Made by a program: the position numbers and the translations under genes
Part shown: positions 1 through 12,990 of the stretch, in pieces
Numbering within the stretch: position 1 is the first letter of the stretch
Layout of the letters: the number at the start of each line of letters is the position of its first letter
NCBI GenBank assembly: GCA_013239625.1
Contig: MU054187.1
Span: 13,176,974 to 13,240,973 of the forward strand
Reading direction: 5' to 3'
From: Lama guanicoe
Taxonomy: Eukaryota
DNA: 64,000 nt
Notes under the pieces: model-generated
What the model saw: the letters and a program-made list of their open reading frames with translations, nothing else
The model's database searches: none
Told to the model about the DNA's origin: nothing

Positions 1-860
1 TTCTGCTTTAAGGATTTTAATATTTCTGCAGTGCAGGTCTGCTGTCATCTTCAACTTTGTACCTCCCTTTTTTTCCTCTACTGGTTTTTAAGATTCACTA
101 TCATTCAAATCGCATTTTGATAATAATGAACCTTGATGTACTTTTCTTTGTGTTTCTTACGTTTGGTGTCATTGAGCTTCAGGACTCTGTGGGTTAGCAG
201 TTTTCACCAAATTTGAAAAGTTTTCGGTTATTACTTTAAAGCATTTTTTTCTCTCTCCTCTTTCTCTTCTTCAGAGATTCTAATTTCATTTATGTTTGGC
301 TGCACAAAATTGTCCTAAAGTTTAATGATCACTTATCCTCTGTACTTTTTTGTCCTTTTTCTCTCTGTGTTTCATTTTGGATTGTTATGTCTTCAGGTTT
401 AAATATGTTTTCTTCTGCAATGTCCAATCTGCCATTAATCTGATCCAGTGTATTTTTCATCTCAATTATTGTGAGTTTCATTTCAATAAGTTTCATTTCT
501 GTCTGTTTTAGACCCTTCCTGCCTTAAAATATTCAATTGTTTCTCTAACATAATAACTGTTTTAAAGTATTTTTCTATTTGTTTTACCATAAATGTGTCA
601 TATCAGAATCACATTCAATTGGTTGATTTTTTTCCTTATTATGGGTTATATTTTTCTGTTTCTTTGCATGCCTAGTGGCTTTTTATTGATGCTAAACAAA
701 AAAGAGTATTTTGTTTTGAGGGGTGTTAGGTATTTTATATTCTCAAAATTTTTCTTGAGCTTTACTGTGGGATGTGGTTAAGTTACTTGGAATCAATTGT
801 ATCTTTGGGGGTCTTGTTTTATCCTTTGTTATGTGGGATAAGAGCAGCATCTAACCTATG
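1..860 (-). mobile_element. Ancient L1 (L1M/L1ME-type) ORF1-region fragment
   Basis: T-rich sequence with typical antisense L1 ORF1 motifs (tttcaccaaatttgaaaagtttt, tccagtgtatttttcatctca); heavily decayed. Confidence 0.7.
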
Positions 861-1144
861 GTTAATTTTCATTGGCTCTGGGATGTGGGGGTGATCCCTA
901 GTCATCGGGTACCTGGCCCTAGGGAGATCAGGGCAAAGGAGCATCACCTCCTGGAGTATGAGAGTTCAATAAAGAAGACAGTTGAAGTATGGGCTCTTGG
1001 TTGGTTGGTTTACCTATGAAAAGTGGAGTCATTTGCTTCTCTGGGAATTAGCTGGCCCTGAGGGGTAACCTCTCCTCTGTCAGTGAAGCCCAGACATCAG
1101 AGCATTAAGAACACAGAAAATAAAAAAATAGAGTTAATATAGGA

Positions 1145-1650
1145 GCAGGCACTGTTTCTGTGCCTGGTGATTTAGAGACACTGTTCCCTCTAATATTTTG
1201 GGTGGTTCCCTCCCTGGCCTTGGGTCATTTTCTTCATATGCATGTGTTGATCAGTATCCAACTAAATACCTGAGACAAACGTTTTACAGCTTTCCACAGT
1301 CCGCCCCCTGTGCAGTTCTCTTCTCTTCAGCACTCTGCCTCACAGACCCTAGCAAATGTGCTTTCCTTGGCTCCCAGATCCACCTCCACAACTCAGAGAT
1401 ACCACCAGCTTCCCTTGGGACCCTCCTGCTTCCCCGCAGCCTGCAAAGGCTTGCTGACCTGCTCTGGGCAGTAAGCAGAGGCAACTGCAAGGCCTGGCTC
1501 TTTGATCTCTGGCCTCTCAGGGACCACGGTCCTCAGTTCCCTTATGCCCGATGTCCTTAGAGATACCTTTTCATATATCGTGTCTAGTGTTTCAGCTGAG
1601 TCAGGTGAGGGTAAATCTAGTCCCCCGTTTTGTTTGGAATTAGAACATCA
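1145..1650 (-). mobile_element. Ancient L1 5' region fragment
   Basis: Antisense old-L1 5' motifs (cttcatatgcatgtgttgatcagtatccaactaaatacctgag, tctcagggaccacggtcct, agggtaaatctagtccc). Confidence 0.55.
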
Positions 1651-1689
1651 GATTTTGAAGAGTCAAGGTACATATTATAATTTCTAGGA

Positions 1690-2615
1690 TAAGAACTAAT
1701 AAAATATCTCCCCTCAAATATAATTCCCAAACCAATAAAGAAGTAAATGAAAAAAAATCTAATCTAAAATAAGGATGGAGTGAAAAGTAATAGCGAACAA
1801 GCAAAACAAATAGAACAGCATAGTAAAATGATAGATTTAAGCCAAAATAAAATAGTAGTTACATTCAAAGTTAAATATACTAAATTATACCATCAAAGGC
1901 ACACACAAAAAAATACTGGATTAAAAAAAATAACTAACCATGTCTTGTTTTCATATATACAACAAGAACAAATTCTGAAAATAAATGAATTAAACATTTA
2001 CCTCAGGTAGTTAGAAAAAGAACTACAGCTCAACCCAAAAAGAATAAGGAAATAATAAAATAAGACCAGACATTAATGAAACAGCTATAATGGAAAAAAT
2101 TCCAAAAGATCCATGACAACTGAAGAAGTTAATTCTGTAATTTTGAAACTTCAACAATAACCAAAACAAATAAAACAAAACAATCCTTTGGGACTAGATG
2201 GATCACTGGCAAACTCTCCGAAACATTTATGGGAGAATTAGCACACAGACTTTTCCAGAGAACTGAAAGAGAGGGAACACTTCCTACCTCATTTTTATGA
2301 GGCCAGCCTACCCTTACTATTCAACTCTGGCGAAGCTTCTATGAGAAAGGAATAATTGAGGCTGCTCTTACTCATGAAGATAGATGCTAAAAATTCTAAA
2401 CAAAATATGTGCAAGTAGAATCCAGCAATACATATATTGGACAATAGATTATGACCAAACTGGATTGATTCCAGGAATACAATGTTGGTTCTACATTTAT
2501 AAAATTCATCAGTGAGGTCTGTCTCATTCTTTTCATAGAATAAAGGGGGGAAAATTATACGGTTATTTCAGTAGATGCAGAAGAAAACTAAGATTCACAT
2601 TTATTTATGATAAAT
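1690..2615 (+). mobile_element. Ancient L1 ORF2 fragments (endonuclease start and RT region), decayed
   Basis: MIDLSQNKIVVTFKV from 1828 resembles the L1 ORF2 N-terminus. 2190-2615 corresponds to the GPDGFTGE / LPNSFYEAS / DAKILNKILANRIQQ / DQVGFIPGMQGWFN / ISIDAEK region, with frameshifts. Confidence 0.85.
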
Positions 2616-4119
2616 ACCCCTAGGTCAGACGACACATGGGATACTCTGCTGGTTCCTTGGGGCCCTAGTCTAATGGGGGCATGGACAAACTGTAGAGAGC
2701 CAGAAAAGATGGTGAAGACCATAAAGCATGGTGAGTGAGCAATGACGAAAACAGCTAAGGAGAAGAGAAGTTTAACAAGTGGCCAGCATTTTCTGGGAAG
2801 GAGGTCTCGACTTTGAGTGTTTGGGGAAAATATAACTAGTACTAGAGAAGGGTAGTTAAAGATAGATGCACTTAGGAACTCCACAAAGAAGAACATTTTA
2901 ACAAATAAAACTCTGAAAATAAGAACCATCTGCTAAGTTCTCTGATGCTGCTAGTGTTTATGAAGAAGCTGGATGAGCCTTCAGCAGGATTATTCAGAAA
3001 GGGTTGGGAGGAATTAGCAACACGCAAGAAGGTTTCTAACCCAAAGATTCTATCATTCAATAACCATAGATGAGAACTTCAGGCTTTTGACAAAAAGGCC
3101 ATTGCAAATTTACTCCATGCTGCCTGTTGGTTACAAACACAACAGCCACATCAGAGAAGCTCTAAGTGTTCATTGCTTTGTAGCTCCTTTTGGAGTTTTG
3201 TTAGAAAGCCCTGCTAAAATTTACTCTCCAAGGGGATATTTTGCTTATATCGTCATTGATAAACTCTGAAGTCATTTCACAAGACTCTAGCTCAGTCACC
3301 ATAATGTTGCACATGGTACTTGCAGCTTCATCTCTTAGCTTCTGCTTTGGGAATCAGGACACTTAATGAATAGAAAGCTTGAGGAAGCTGAACTGGTTTC
3401 TCAACATCCCTGAATTTGCTCATGACTTCTTGAACTCTTCTCATCCTTTATAGTGAGTTCACATATCACATTTCCTCTTTTGAGATTGGCTTTATTTCCA
3501 AATTGCCTTGCATATTTCTCCCCAACTTAATAGTTTTTAAATTAAATGACAGCAAAAAAAAATAGCATTTAAGTAAAATTTCTCATCTAAATTTGAGAAT
3601 TTTTATCTCCTTAATGTACATGTCTAAGTTATTTGCCTAAATATCTACTGTCTCTTATTTGAGCTGTGTCCTTTTGAAATTGTACATTTCTTTGGCTGTA
3701 TGGGTTTATCAATGCATCTTATTGCTACTAAATTTTTCTGGCATGTAGGTTCCATAAGAATACCCAGGTGGTTTTAATGTTTTGATAGAGAATTAGGGAA
3801 TTCCTTTATTTTTCCCTACTCACCAATGGTTCTTTTCAAGCAAAGGCTTTGATGGTTCAGTAGGGAGAAAGGGTGAATCACAAAGTAAAGCCTATAAACC
3901 AGCTTTAGTCAAAGACCTTTGTGGCTTTGTGTCCAGTGTCTGAAAACCACTCCTGATATTATGTTTTATCTCCTCAGAAACATCTAAGCACTGAGATAAT
4001 GGTTAGTGTCAAGGCTGGCCCTCTAGCATCTAAATCCTAGTATTGTATCAGAAGGATTTATACACATGGGTATCATTTTTTCCTCATCTTTTGTGATTTA
4101 TGGTTTGTTCAGATTTTTA

Positions 4120-4478
4120 AATTTTTTTAAATTGAAGTATAATCAGTTTGCAATGTTTTGTCAATTTCTGGTGTACAGCACAGTACTTCAGTCATATAGG
4201 AACATAAATATATTCATTTTCTTATTCTTTTTCACCATAAGATACTGAATATAGTTTCCTGTGCTGTATGGTATAAACTTGTTGTTTACCTATTTTATGT
4301 ATATTAGTATCTGCAAATCTAGAACTCCCAATTTATCCCTTCCCACCCCCTTCCACCCAGTAACCATAAGTTTGTTTTCTATGTCTGTGAGTCTGTTTCT
4401 GTTTTGTAAATAAGTTCGTTTGTCTCTCTATCTCTCTTTTTAAGATTCCACATATGAGTGATATCATATGGTATTTTT
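4120..4478 (-). mobile_element. 5'-truncated lineage-specific L1 3' end
   Basis: Begins with T-tract plus aaattgaagtata...ctggtgtacagcacag and ends at gattccacatatgagtgatatcatatggtattt; same family as 58245-58878. Confidence 0.85.
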
Positions 4479-5709
4479 GAAAGAAGCTTAAGAAAAGAAA
4501 ATATTCACCCTCTTCTTTTAAATACATAATTTTATTTTAGCAAATAAATATTGTTTACTTTCTTCTTTATAATTTTACTCACTACTTAATCAAACATATT
4601 TTAATAGGGCCAGAATAATTACATATTGTTAATACTGAGGTATTTTTCAAGTGCAATGAAAGATACTTTTAAGGATTACTCCTTTTCAGATCAGTATTTG
4701 TTTTTACCTACACATACGTTTTAATAATACCACAAGTATGGGTGTAGTCTTAAGGAATCCTTTCTGATTAGTTTTTAAACTTACCTAAAAATTTTACCTA
4801 GAAAGTGTGCTATTACAATGACTATATAAATCAGAAATGGTGTACAATATTTTAAACAACACACTAGAAACCCATCAAATGATATCTTAAAATGTCATAT
4901 TATAGATTTTTATCTGACTGAGTGCTATAAAAATTTCACAAATTGAAGCATTTGAATGACTAGAATCAGGTATTTCAGTACTATACATACCTAATTATCT
5001 TCAAATTCATTTATTTAGAATTTCACAAATTAGATCATAAGCACCTTTATTATAATTTGGCTAAGTAAAGTTGTGTTCTAGATAATAAATTACAAAGCAC
5101 CCAGAAAAAAATGTTAGAAAATGCATGGGTGTTTTATAGTAACCCAAGATTGTGTAGAATTTGGTATAAGACTAATATGTTTTGGGTTCCTTCCAAGAGA
5201 GGCTCATTACTAGAAATTTAGAAGTGCTGGAAGGAATTTATTATGACCTGGTCCTACAGCATAGACCCTGAAGGCACTGTCAGGGCAATAAAGAACAATT
5301 AAAAATCTAAAAGTGGTTAGCAAGCCAACACAAATCAAATTTGATCTTATAGTAATTTTATGTTAAAGAGACCAAACCTATACTTCGGAGCTGGGTTTCC
5401 CAGAGCACAGATCAAGCTAGGCTTTTCCCTATCTTCACTGAATACATTGTGTTTTCTAAATAAATAAAAGGCAAATGAACTTTTAGCAATAGAGTAAGTT
5501 TTTAGAGACCAATAAAGAACATTTTCCCCATGGGATATGTAAAAAGAAAGCAATTTTTGTGCTTTATGATTTGCAGTCAGATTTGGAAATGACATGAGGA
5601 AATGTAAATATATCTTATTCTAATGGGCATAATAAAAATGAACTCAAAATTATACAACCCAAGACTCGTGAACAGTACTAGCTAAAACAGTGCTAGGTGG
5701 GGCTTCTTA

Positions 5710-5873
5710 TGTTTAAATTTTAATTAATCAAATAAAGTTAAAAATTCATTTCCTCTGTTGCATTAGCCACATTTCAAATGCTCAATAGCCAAACATGGCT
5801 AGTGGCTGTGGTACTGGACAGTGCAGAAAAAAAGTATTTCCATCGCCACGGAAAATTCCACTGGACAGCGCTG
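5710..5873 (-). mobile_element. MER3-like hAT-Charlie MITE
   Basis: tagccacatttcaaatgctcaatagcc...gctagtggct...ttccactggacagcgctg matches the MER3 reverse complement including its terminal repeat. Confidence 0.8.
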
Positions 5874-8004
5874 CTCTAGAATAGAAGAGAGGAAAGGTCT
5901 GTGCACGTTGAAGGGAAAAGAGCCCAGACTTGATGCGTGAACAGTATCCTGAACCCAATCGGTCCTTCTTTTCCTCCCTTTTCTCTCCTTCAATTTTTAT
6001 TGCACCAGAAAATCCATACATTTCAAGAAGTCATTCTCTGGCCCTTTTGAAGAAATAGTGTATTTTTTTCAGAGAGCAAGCACTGCTGCCCAAACTGATC
6101 AGGTCTTTAAAAACACAGCCCAAACTTCACTAATTGGCAAGACACTGAAAATTCATACTAGTACTGGAGTAGCAGAACTGATTGACATTAAACTTTTATA
6201 GTTGTAAGGGGAAATGATCATTAGTATAGAATATGTATGGACACCGAGACGGGTAGCTTGGTTATGGATAATGGACTGGGTCTCCCTAGCTGGGACTGCC
6301 TTAGATCCCACTGCTGTCTCCTGAAGGAGTTCCACATGGGCCACCAGGAAGAGAGGAAGCCACACAATCCTGCAGGTTGTCCATGGAGACATCCCTCAGG
6401 CCCACAACTCAGGGGGGCAAGTGAACCAGAGAACGGGTTGGGGTTGGGGTCGGAGAGGCTCTTTAAGACAGAAAAAATGCTCCACCATGTAAATTCCAAC
6501 CTTCAGAAACCAATTCCAGGAAAACCACAGTGACTCAGCAGGCAGAGTGCTTATTTGAAGAATATCTCTAAATTGGAGTCTCCCAAACTCTGCATTTGAT
6601 TAAACCCACTTAAGAAGAAAACACCGTCATTTTTGTGTTGGTCTATTAGCTGCAAATGATTAAAATGATATCATTACCACTTATAAATTTTATATCTCCC
6701 TTAAAGATTACATTAAAAAAAAAACCACTTAAATGATACCATGCTGCCATGAAAGGCAGTTTCTCTCTCACTGAAATAATATTCCCTTAGGGTCAGATTT
6801 ACATCTCGTGCAATGCCATGGGAGAATTAGACTCCAAGAAAGCAAAAGAGAATCCTCATAGAGTTACATAGGATGAAAATTTGGCGCAGACGTTATTTTT
6901 TAGATAGAAACCGATAAACAGAATAAAAGTTACAATATACAGAAATGGGGATCCGGGGTAACAGTGCCAGAAGAAAGGGGCCTTTTGTTGTTGTTGTTTC
7001 CAGGGCTTTTTTTATTTTTCCTCCCTTCTCTGTGCTATTTTGACCAATTCTCTCCTGGTCTCTTTTATGCTTGTGCTCTTAGGGCTTGCTAATATGAAAT
7101 TACTAGGACTTTAAACAGAAAGAAAATGGTCCCTCATCCTATTTACCCTTCATAATGATGAGCTCTGAACTGCATACTCTACGTGCCTCAAACTGTGACC
7201 TCAAAGTCCAGACTCCAGGCTGAAATCATTCCATGGGACGTGGAACTACAGGGCAGCAACGACAGAGATGCCCCTTCTGCTCTCTTCACGAGACATCCCC
7301 CTGTGGCGGGGCATCTCCGTGTTTAGAAGACTCATGTGGACTTACGCTTCTTAGAATTGCAAATGTGAAACTCGTGTACGTCGCACGTGTAGAAGTGGTG
7401 CGGTTCATTTCTTGTTCTTATAAATCACTTTCCTGCTTATGTATTTTGTGCTTTACCTTCTCCTTATTGCTATCCACAAAATAACCTAGTATATTTTTGT
7501 GGAAATTCCAAGACCAGATTAACTTTTATTTATTATTATTCAAATAGTCTATAACAGCTCTTTCTAATTTCAAAAACCCAGACTGTGGTGTTCTCTCTTA
7601 CTCTTGTGAAATACATAATTTACTTTCAAGTTGCATATAACACTTCTATGTTACATATTTTGGGCTGCTTCTAAATTACTCATTGACTGATATTATTTGG
7701 CTGAAACTCAATTTCACAACCATAAACCATCGTAAGAAGGTGGGAAGTGATTTATACTTGCATTAGGCATATTTTCAGATATTCCTAATATGCTAATTGC
7801 TGATTTTAGAGACACTAAGCTAATGAATCCTAAGAATTTTATGTGGCACAAATCATTGCCTTCTTTCTGTTGCTGTAGTATCTGTGTGTGGTTTCTAGGC
7901 TATGAGCTGTGGTTGGTACATTTCAAACTTCCAGGTGTTTTTTTGATAAAGAAGCCAATTCTCCTCCAGCTTGCAACCTGAAAAACCAGACCACTGTATT
8001 CAGA

Positions 8005-8218
8005 GAGTATCCACTACGTGCTGACAACGCTTTAAGCCCTTGAATGTCATATTGTTTTCTTTCATTTTCATAACAACTCTCTTATTGTCCCCACTTTGCA
8101 GACAAAGAAACTGAGCCTTGGAGATGTTAAGTAACTTCACCTGGAGATGTTAAGTAACCAGACCAGCTGGAAGATGGTCCAACCATAATTTGGCCCCCAG
8201 AACATCTGACTTCAGAGA
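8005..8218 (-). mobile_element. MIR SINE
   Basis: Antisense MIR core ccccactttgcagacaaagaaactgag...gttaagtaactt. Confidence 0.75.
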
Positions 8219-9889
8219 ATTCATCACGGTGAGGAGAAAGCACATCTGCATGTTTAAACCATCACGAGGAGCAGTAAGGAAGTTTTTGTATTTAGTTGCT
8301 AATTACTGTTTAATGCTCATTGACGTCCACAATACAATAGCTTGATTATATGAAGGGGATGACGGAAGGATGCTAAACTTATTGGACACCTGCCCTGTGC
8401 TCAGCACTGTGCTCGGCACTTCATTTGTCATTTCATATGATTAGCAAGCAAGTTTTGAAATGCTGTTTGATTTCCTATTGTGCCAAAGCAAAGCCACTTC
8501 TCTTTTAATATTCCAAGTTTCTTAAACTAAATTGTGCTGAAAAATGTCTCTGAAAGGAGGGATTATTGTAAAAGCATCACTAAGATAAGAAACAAATACA
8601 TGACTGAACTGAAAGATTAATTGCCTGTTTTCAACATTTGTCACAATATGGAGACATTTGAGATATTAAGCATATAATATTATGGTAATATATAATATAT
8701 TAAAAAGGTAACAAGATATTTTTTGAAAGGAGGAAGATATAAATCTATTATCTATCTATTCATCTGTCAGTCTGTTCACATATCCATTCATCCTTTCATC
8801 CATCCATTTTATTTTCATACAGGAATCTTTGTAGAGAATTACGGTTTTTGTCACCTTGTGCCATGGATGTGTAATACCTCCAAACTTCTTTTTGTGGGTA
8901 GACTTCAATCCGTGATAGTTATGGGGCTTCATTAAACTTTCTTTTCTCGGCTGGGTGGTGGCCCCAAGGGAAAGATGATGGAGAAAGTTCTCTGTTGGAA
9001 CAGTACTGTTCCATTTTCCTCCCTTCAGCTTCCCAGAGTCCCTCCTACCGTTGGCCCTTCCCGCTCAGGCTTCCCGTCTATTCATCCCAATGCAGTTTCT
9101 GGTCAATGCGGAAACTGCTGTCCAGCTCCAGGCAGAGTTATTATTCCATATGAGCGAGCAGCTTGGCTGAGCAGCTGGAGCAAGTGTGCACACCTGTACC
9201 TGTGCTGGGGGATGATGTGGAGAAGGCTAAGGTGGGACTTCAACCAAAGACTTGTTTGGGTGAATGAAGGGACCAAGGGGCCTCCAAGAGATGGTAGTGG
9301 CGTGTAACATGTGCACGTGACAGGAAGAGAGGAGAGAGGAGGAAATTGTTCTTTTGCCCAAAGGCAATAAGCAGGCGCTCCTACCCTCTCACTGTGGGGA
9401 ACTGCAGGAGGCATCTTCCATCTTTGTTAGAAAGTTGGCCAGGACAAGAGTTGGTTATCCCCTCCAAAATGTGGTCTGAAAAGCAGGAATGCTGAAGTAT
9501 CTATATTTGTATCTATAAGGCTACCATACTGTCCAGCATTCTGTTGTTGCTTTATACGAGACTGTATGATGGATGCTGGAGTGAAGAGATGCATTTGGAT
9601 GCTGCTGGGGATGCTGGATCTCAGATAAAATGTGCTAGGAGACTGACGTAAATATATTGCAGAAGGGGATGGTATGGGTACACACCTTGAGGAAAAGCCT
9701 GAGACAGAGGTGAGTGTTGATGTGGTGTGTGAACAACCTGGAGAACCTGCCTGTCTTCACCCGAAGCCCCATTCTCCCACCCTGCTCAATTTTAGACTAC
9801 AGATGACATTCTGGGGATCATGTGCATGTGGGTGGAACTATCACAGAAGGAGAGTCAAGATTTAGACGTATCCCACTATAGCTACCCAT

Positions 9890-10700
9890 TCACTATTTCT
9901 TTCATTCATTTATCTACTCATCAATCCATGAAATATTTATCGAAGACCTCCTATGTGTTCCAGTAACTGTTCTAGGGACTAGGGATAAAAGATGGATAAA
10001 ACACTGTCATTGCCCTAAGAAATTTGCAGCCAAGTTGGGGAAATAATTACAACAGTCTATGGAAAGTGCCAGGACAAAGAAATGGAACTAATAAAGTGTA
10101 TTTTGGGACCCACTTACCATAGCCCTGGGTAGAGAAGACTTCCTAGAGGAAGTGATGCCTGAGTTAAGTGCTGAAGGTTGTCTGCCTTACTCAACGATGT
10201 ATGTATACAAGAGGAGAGAAAAGGCTTTAGGATGGTCAGTGGTCCTGTGAGAGAGGATGAAGGCTCCACAGGTGGGGCCAGCAGGGACCAGGTAAGGCAA
10301 GGAAGGCAGATCAGGCAAGATGTCACTGCTTTCTGGTTTGGATGACTGAGCAGATGATGGTGCCTCAATCTGGGCAAGAGAATTTGGAAGAAATAGGTTC
10401 CGGAGGTGATGAGTTCGATTTGGGGTGTACTGAGTTTGAGGGGCTTGAGAGCAATCCAGATGATGTGCATGAGTTAGTCAGTCACAAATATCTAGAGTGG
10501 AGAGGAGTGTAGGTTGTAAACAGTTAGGATGTTTCCCTATCTAGGTGGTCACCAAAATTATGAGTAGATCGTGCAATCCAGAGATGGTGGATGTAGTTAG
10601 AAGAAGCTTAAGCCACATTGGGAGAAGGAAAGGGAGCTCTCCAAGGAGAGAAAGAATAGGCTGAGATGCAAAAGAAATAGAAAGAAAGTATGATGACAGG
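9890..10700 (-). mobile_element. L2 LINE fragment
   Basis: Antisense L2 3' end (ttcattcatt...aaatatttatcga...ctatgtg) followed by L2 body motifs (gatgagttcgatttggggtgtactgagtttgag). Confidence 0.8.
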
Positions 10701-10709
10701 GAAGTCCTC

Positions 10710-10955
10710 TCGGCACCTCCCCTTTAGATGCTTTTATTCTGTGCTCCTATAACATCATGAGCATAACTTTCGTTATAATATCTACTGCATAGTATTGATG
10801 ATATTCTTTCTCTTGCATCAGCCTTTTCCCACCAGAGTGGAGGATTCTACTGCACTGGGGCTGTGTCTTGGTAATCCTTGTATCTCCAGTGCCCAGCACA
10901 GAGGACACACTCAGCATATTGCAAGCATTCAACACGTTAGGCATTCAACACAAAT
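10710..10955 (+). mobile_element. L2 LINE 3' fragment
   Basis: gggctgtgtcttggtaatccttgtatctccagtgcccagcaca is a typical L2 3' end. Confidence 0.65.
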
Positions 10956-11004
10956 GCACTGCACACACACACACGCTGATACACACATGCTCCTCTGTCC
11001 CTTA

Positions 11005-11400
11005 CTGGAGACTATTCTGATTGTAAGTTATAAACTCAACTTAAACTTAATAGGAACTGGCTCTTGGCATCCAAGAAAGACTTGAACATTTTAACTCTGT
11101 GAATGATAGGATAAGTCCTGGGCTTCAGGAACAACAGAAATCAGGAAACTGAAAACACTCAGGACTCTTCTTTATCTTTCATTTTCAGCTGCTTTCTCTC
11201 TGCAGATGGCTTTTTATTAACATAATGGGAAATGAAACCACTGATAGCTCCTATATTTTGCATTTTATACCTTCAGTGACTGGACAGAAATTGATCTGAT
11301 ACTTTCACTTGATGCAAGTCCAAAAATTCATTGGTCTAGCTGGGTTGAGGTGACCATCTTTGGACTAATTGACTGTTCCCAGGAGGTCCATTAAATTTTT
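11005..11400 (-). mobile_element. Old MaLR LTR (MLT1K/L-like)
   Basis: gggcttcaggaac..., cattggtctagctgggttgaggtgaccatctttggactaattgactgt resemble antisense old MLT1. Confidence 0.5.
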
Positions 11401-11559
11401 ACAGATGTCTTCCCTCACTGAAACCATGAAGATTCCCCCAGAATGGCCAGTCTACCAAAGATTTATAAACCTATTCAAGAGTTAAAGAACATGAGAATTT
11501 GAGCAGAATCCTGCTTTCCCAGAAATTTGGAGAATCCTGGAGATAGCCCATGGAGTAAA

Positions 11560-11742
11560 GCAGCATGGTGGAGTACTGAAAACACAGTCTTGGCCAAGGC
11601 TTAATCTTCACTGCTACCCCGTACTAGCTCCATGGACTAGGGCTGAAATTATTCTATCTGGCTGAGTGTTTTTCCTTAGATGTAATATGTAGATAAGCAT
11701 TATTGGGTTGTCATGAGGACAAAGCGAGATAGTGTGATAATA
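11560..11742 (+). mobile_element. MIR SINE (5' part; 3' part resumes near 12075-12125)
   Basis: gcagcatggtggagt... gggttgtcatgaggacaaagcgagatagtg; resumes as catgcaaagggcttagcacagtacctgg. Confidence 0.6.
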
Positions 11743-12055
11743 ACAGCTAGTTATTTACTAAATGCTTACGATGGGGAAGATATTGTTGTAAATATGTCGT
11801 GGGTATCTACGAGGTGGGCATTCATTTTATTTTCACTTTTTTGGGATAAGGAAAGTGAGATCCAACTACTTAAGTTTCACAGCTAATCAGAGATGAGTTA
11901 AGATTTGATCCTGGGGTAGGTGAGGGTATAGCTCAGCAAATGCTTAGCATGCACGAGGTCCTGGGTTAAATCTACAGTACCTCCACTGAAAAAAAAAAAT
12001 TGATCCCAGGACTCTGGTGCTAGAGTCCACACTCTACCACTGTGTTCTACTGCCT
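11743..12055 (-). mobile_element. MIR SINE interrupted by a younger SINE
   Basis: acagctagttatttactaaatgctta...gataaggaaagtgag...cacagctaatcag...gatttgatcc | ccaggactctggtgctagagtccacactct. Confidence 0.6.
11916..11999 (+). mobile_element. tRNA-Ala-derived SINE (camelid Vic-1-like), internally deleted
   Basis: gagggtatagctcag..tgcttagcatgcacgaggtcctgggttaaatc..cagtacctcca plus poly(A); flanking duplication ttgatcctggg/ttgatcccagg. Confidence 0.85.
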
Positions 12056-12129
12056 CCCTTACTAGCTATTGCTGTAAGAATACATGCAAAGGGCTTAGCA
12101 CAGTACCTGGTCCACAGTTAGGGGAGAAA

Positions 12130-12990
12130 AAATTCATTCATTCGGCTAACATGTGGTAGACACCATTCTAGACCCTGGAAGTAGAGCAATAAGGCAAAAA
12201 TCCCTGACCTCACAAATTTTACATTCTAATATGGGGGAAAAATGCAATAAATACGTTAATAAAAATACATGAATAACTATAAGTAGTGATTAATATCATA
12301 AAGGCAATAAAATACTCCAGTGGTACAGAGCCTGTGTGAGTGGTATGGGGAAGGCCGTTTTAGCTCGCGGCAAAAACAGCTGAGGGAGTGATCCCTGATC
12401 TGCAAAGACCCGACGGAAGGATTTTCCAGGTGGAAGAAATAGCACTGCCAAGGCCCAGAATGGGAATGGGCGTGGGTTTGAGGAGCATGAAGAAGGCCGA
12501 TCTGGTGGAGGCAGGTGGGGTTTTAGGGGTGGAAGGTAAGAGTTGTAGGTGACAATTAGCTAGATTATTAGGAACTTTAGAGCACGGTGAATAGTTTGGA
12601 ATTCTTCTTGGTATGATGGGCCATTTGAGGGTTTTATGAAGGGTAGTGATATCATCTGATTTAAGCTCTGAGAAGATCATTCTGACTGCTAACCAGAGAA
12701 TGGAGGGCAGACAGGAAGGAAACCAATAAGATGATACAAAAGATGATGATGGCTCAGGCTAGGGCTTTGGGATGCTAAGAAGTGGTCAGATTAAGAATAT
12801 GTATTGGAGGTGTTACTGACAAGATTTGCTCATTCATGGAACATGGGTATGAAGACAGAGAGGAATTAAGATTTACCATAAATAACCAGAGGAATGTTGG
12901 GATAAGGAGGCGAGGGAGAGTGCCTGGGTAGAAGAACAAGGAATTCTGTCTTAGGTGTGTTAAATATGAGCAAATATGTAGCAGTTATCA
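12130..12990 (-). mobile_element. L2 LINE fragment
   Basis: ttcattcattc start, then aagatcattctgactgct, gagaagtggtcagatt-like and aggaattctgtcttaggtgtgttaaat L2 motifs. Confidence 0.8.

Noticed and set aside
870..1135. Possible retroposed insert with AATAAA and A-rich end inside the old L1
   Set aside because: No convincing TSD and no identifiable source; it may be part of the L1 itself
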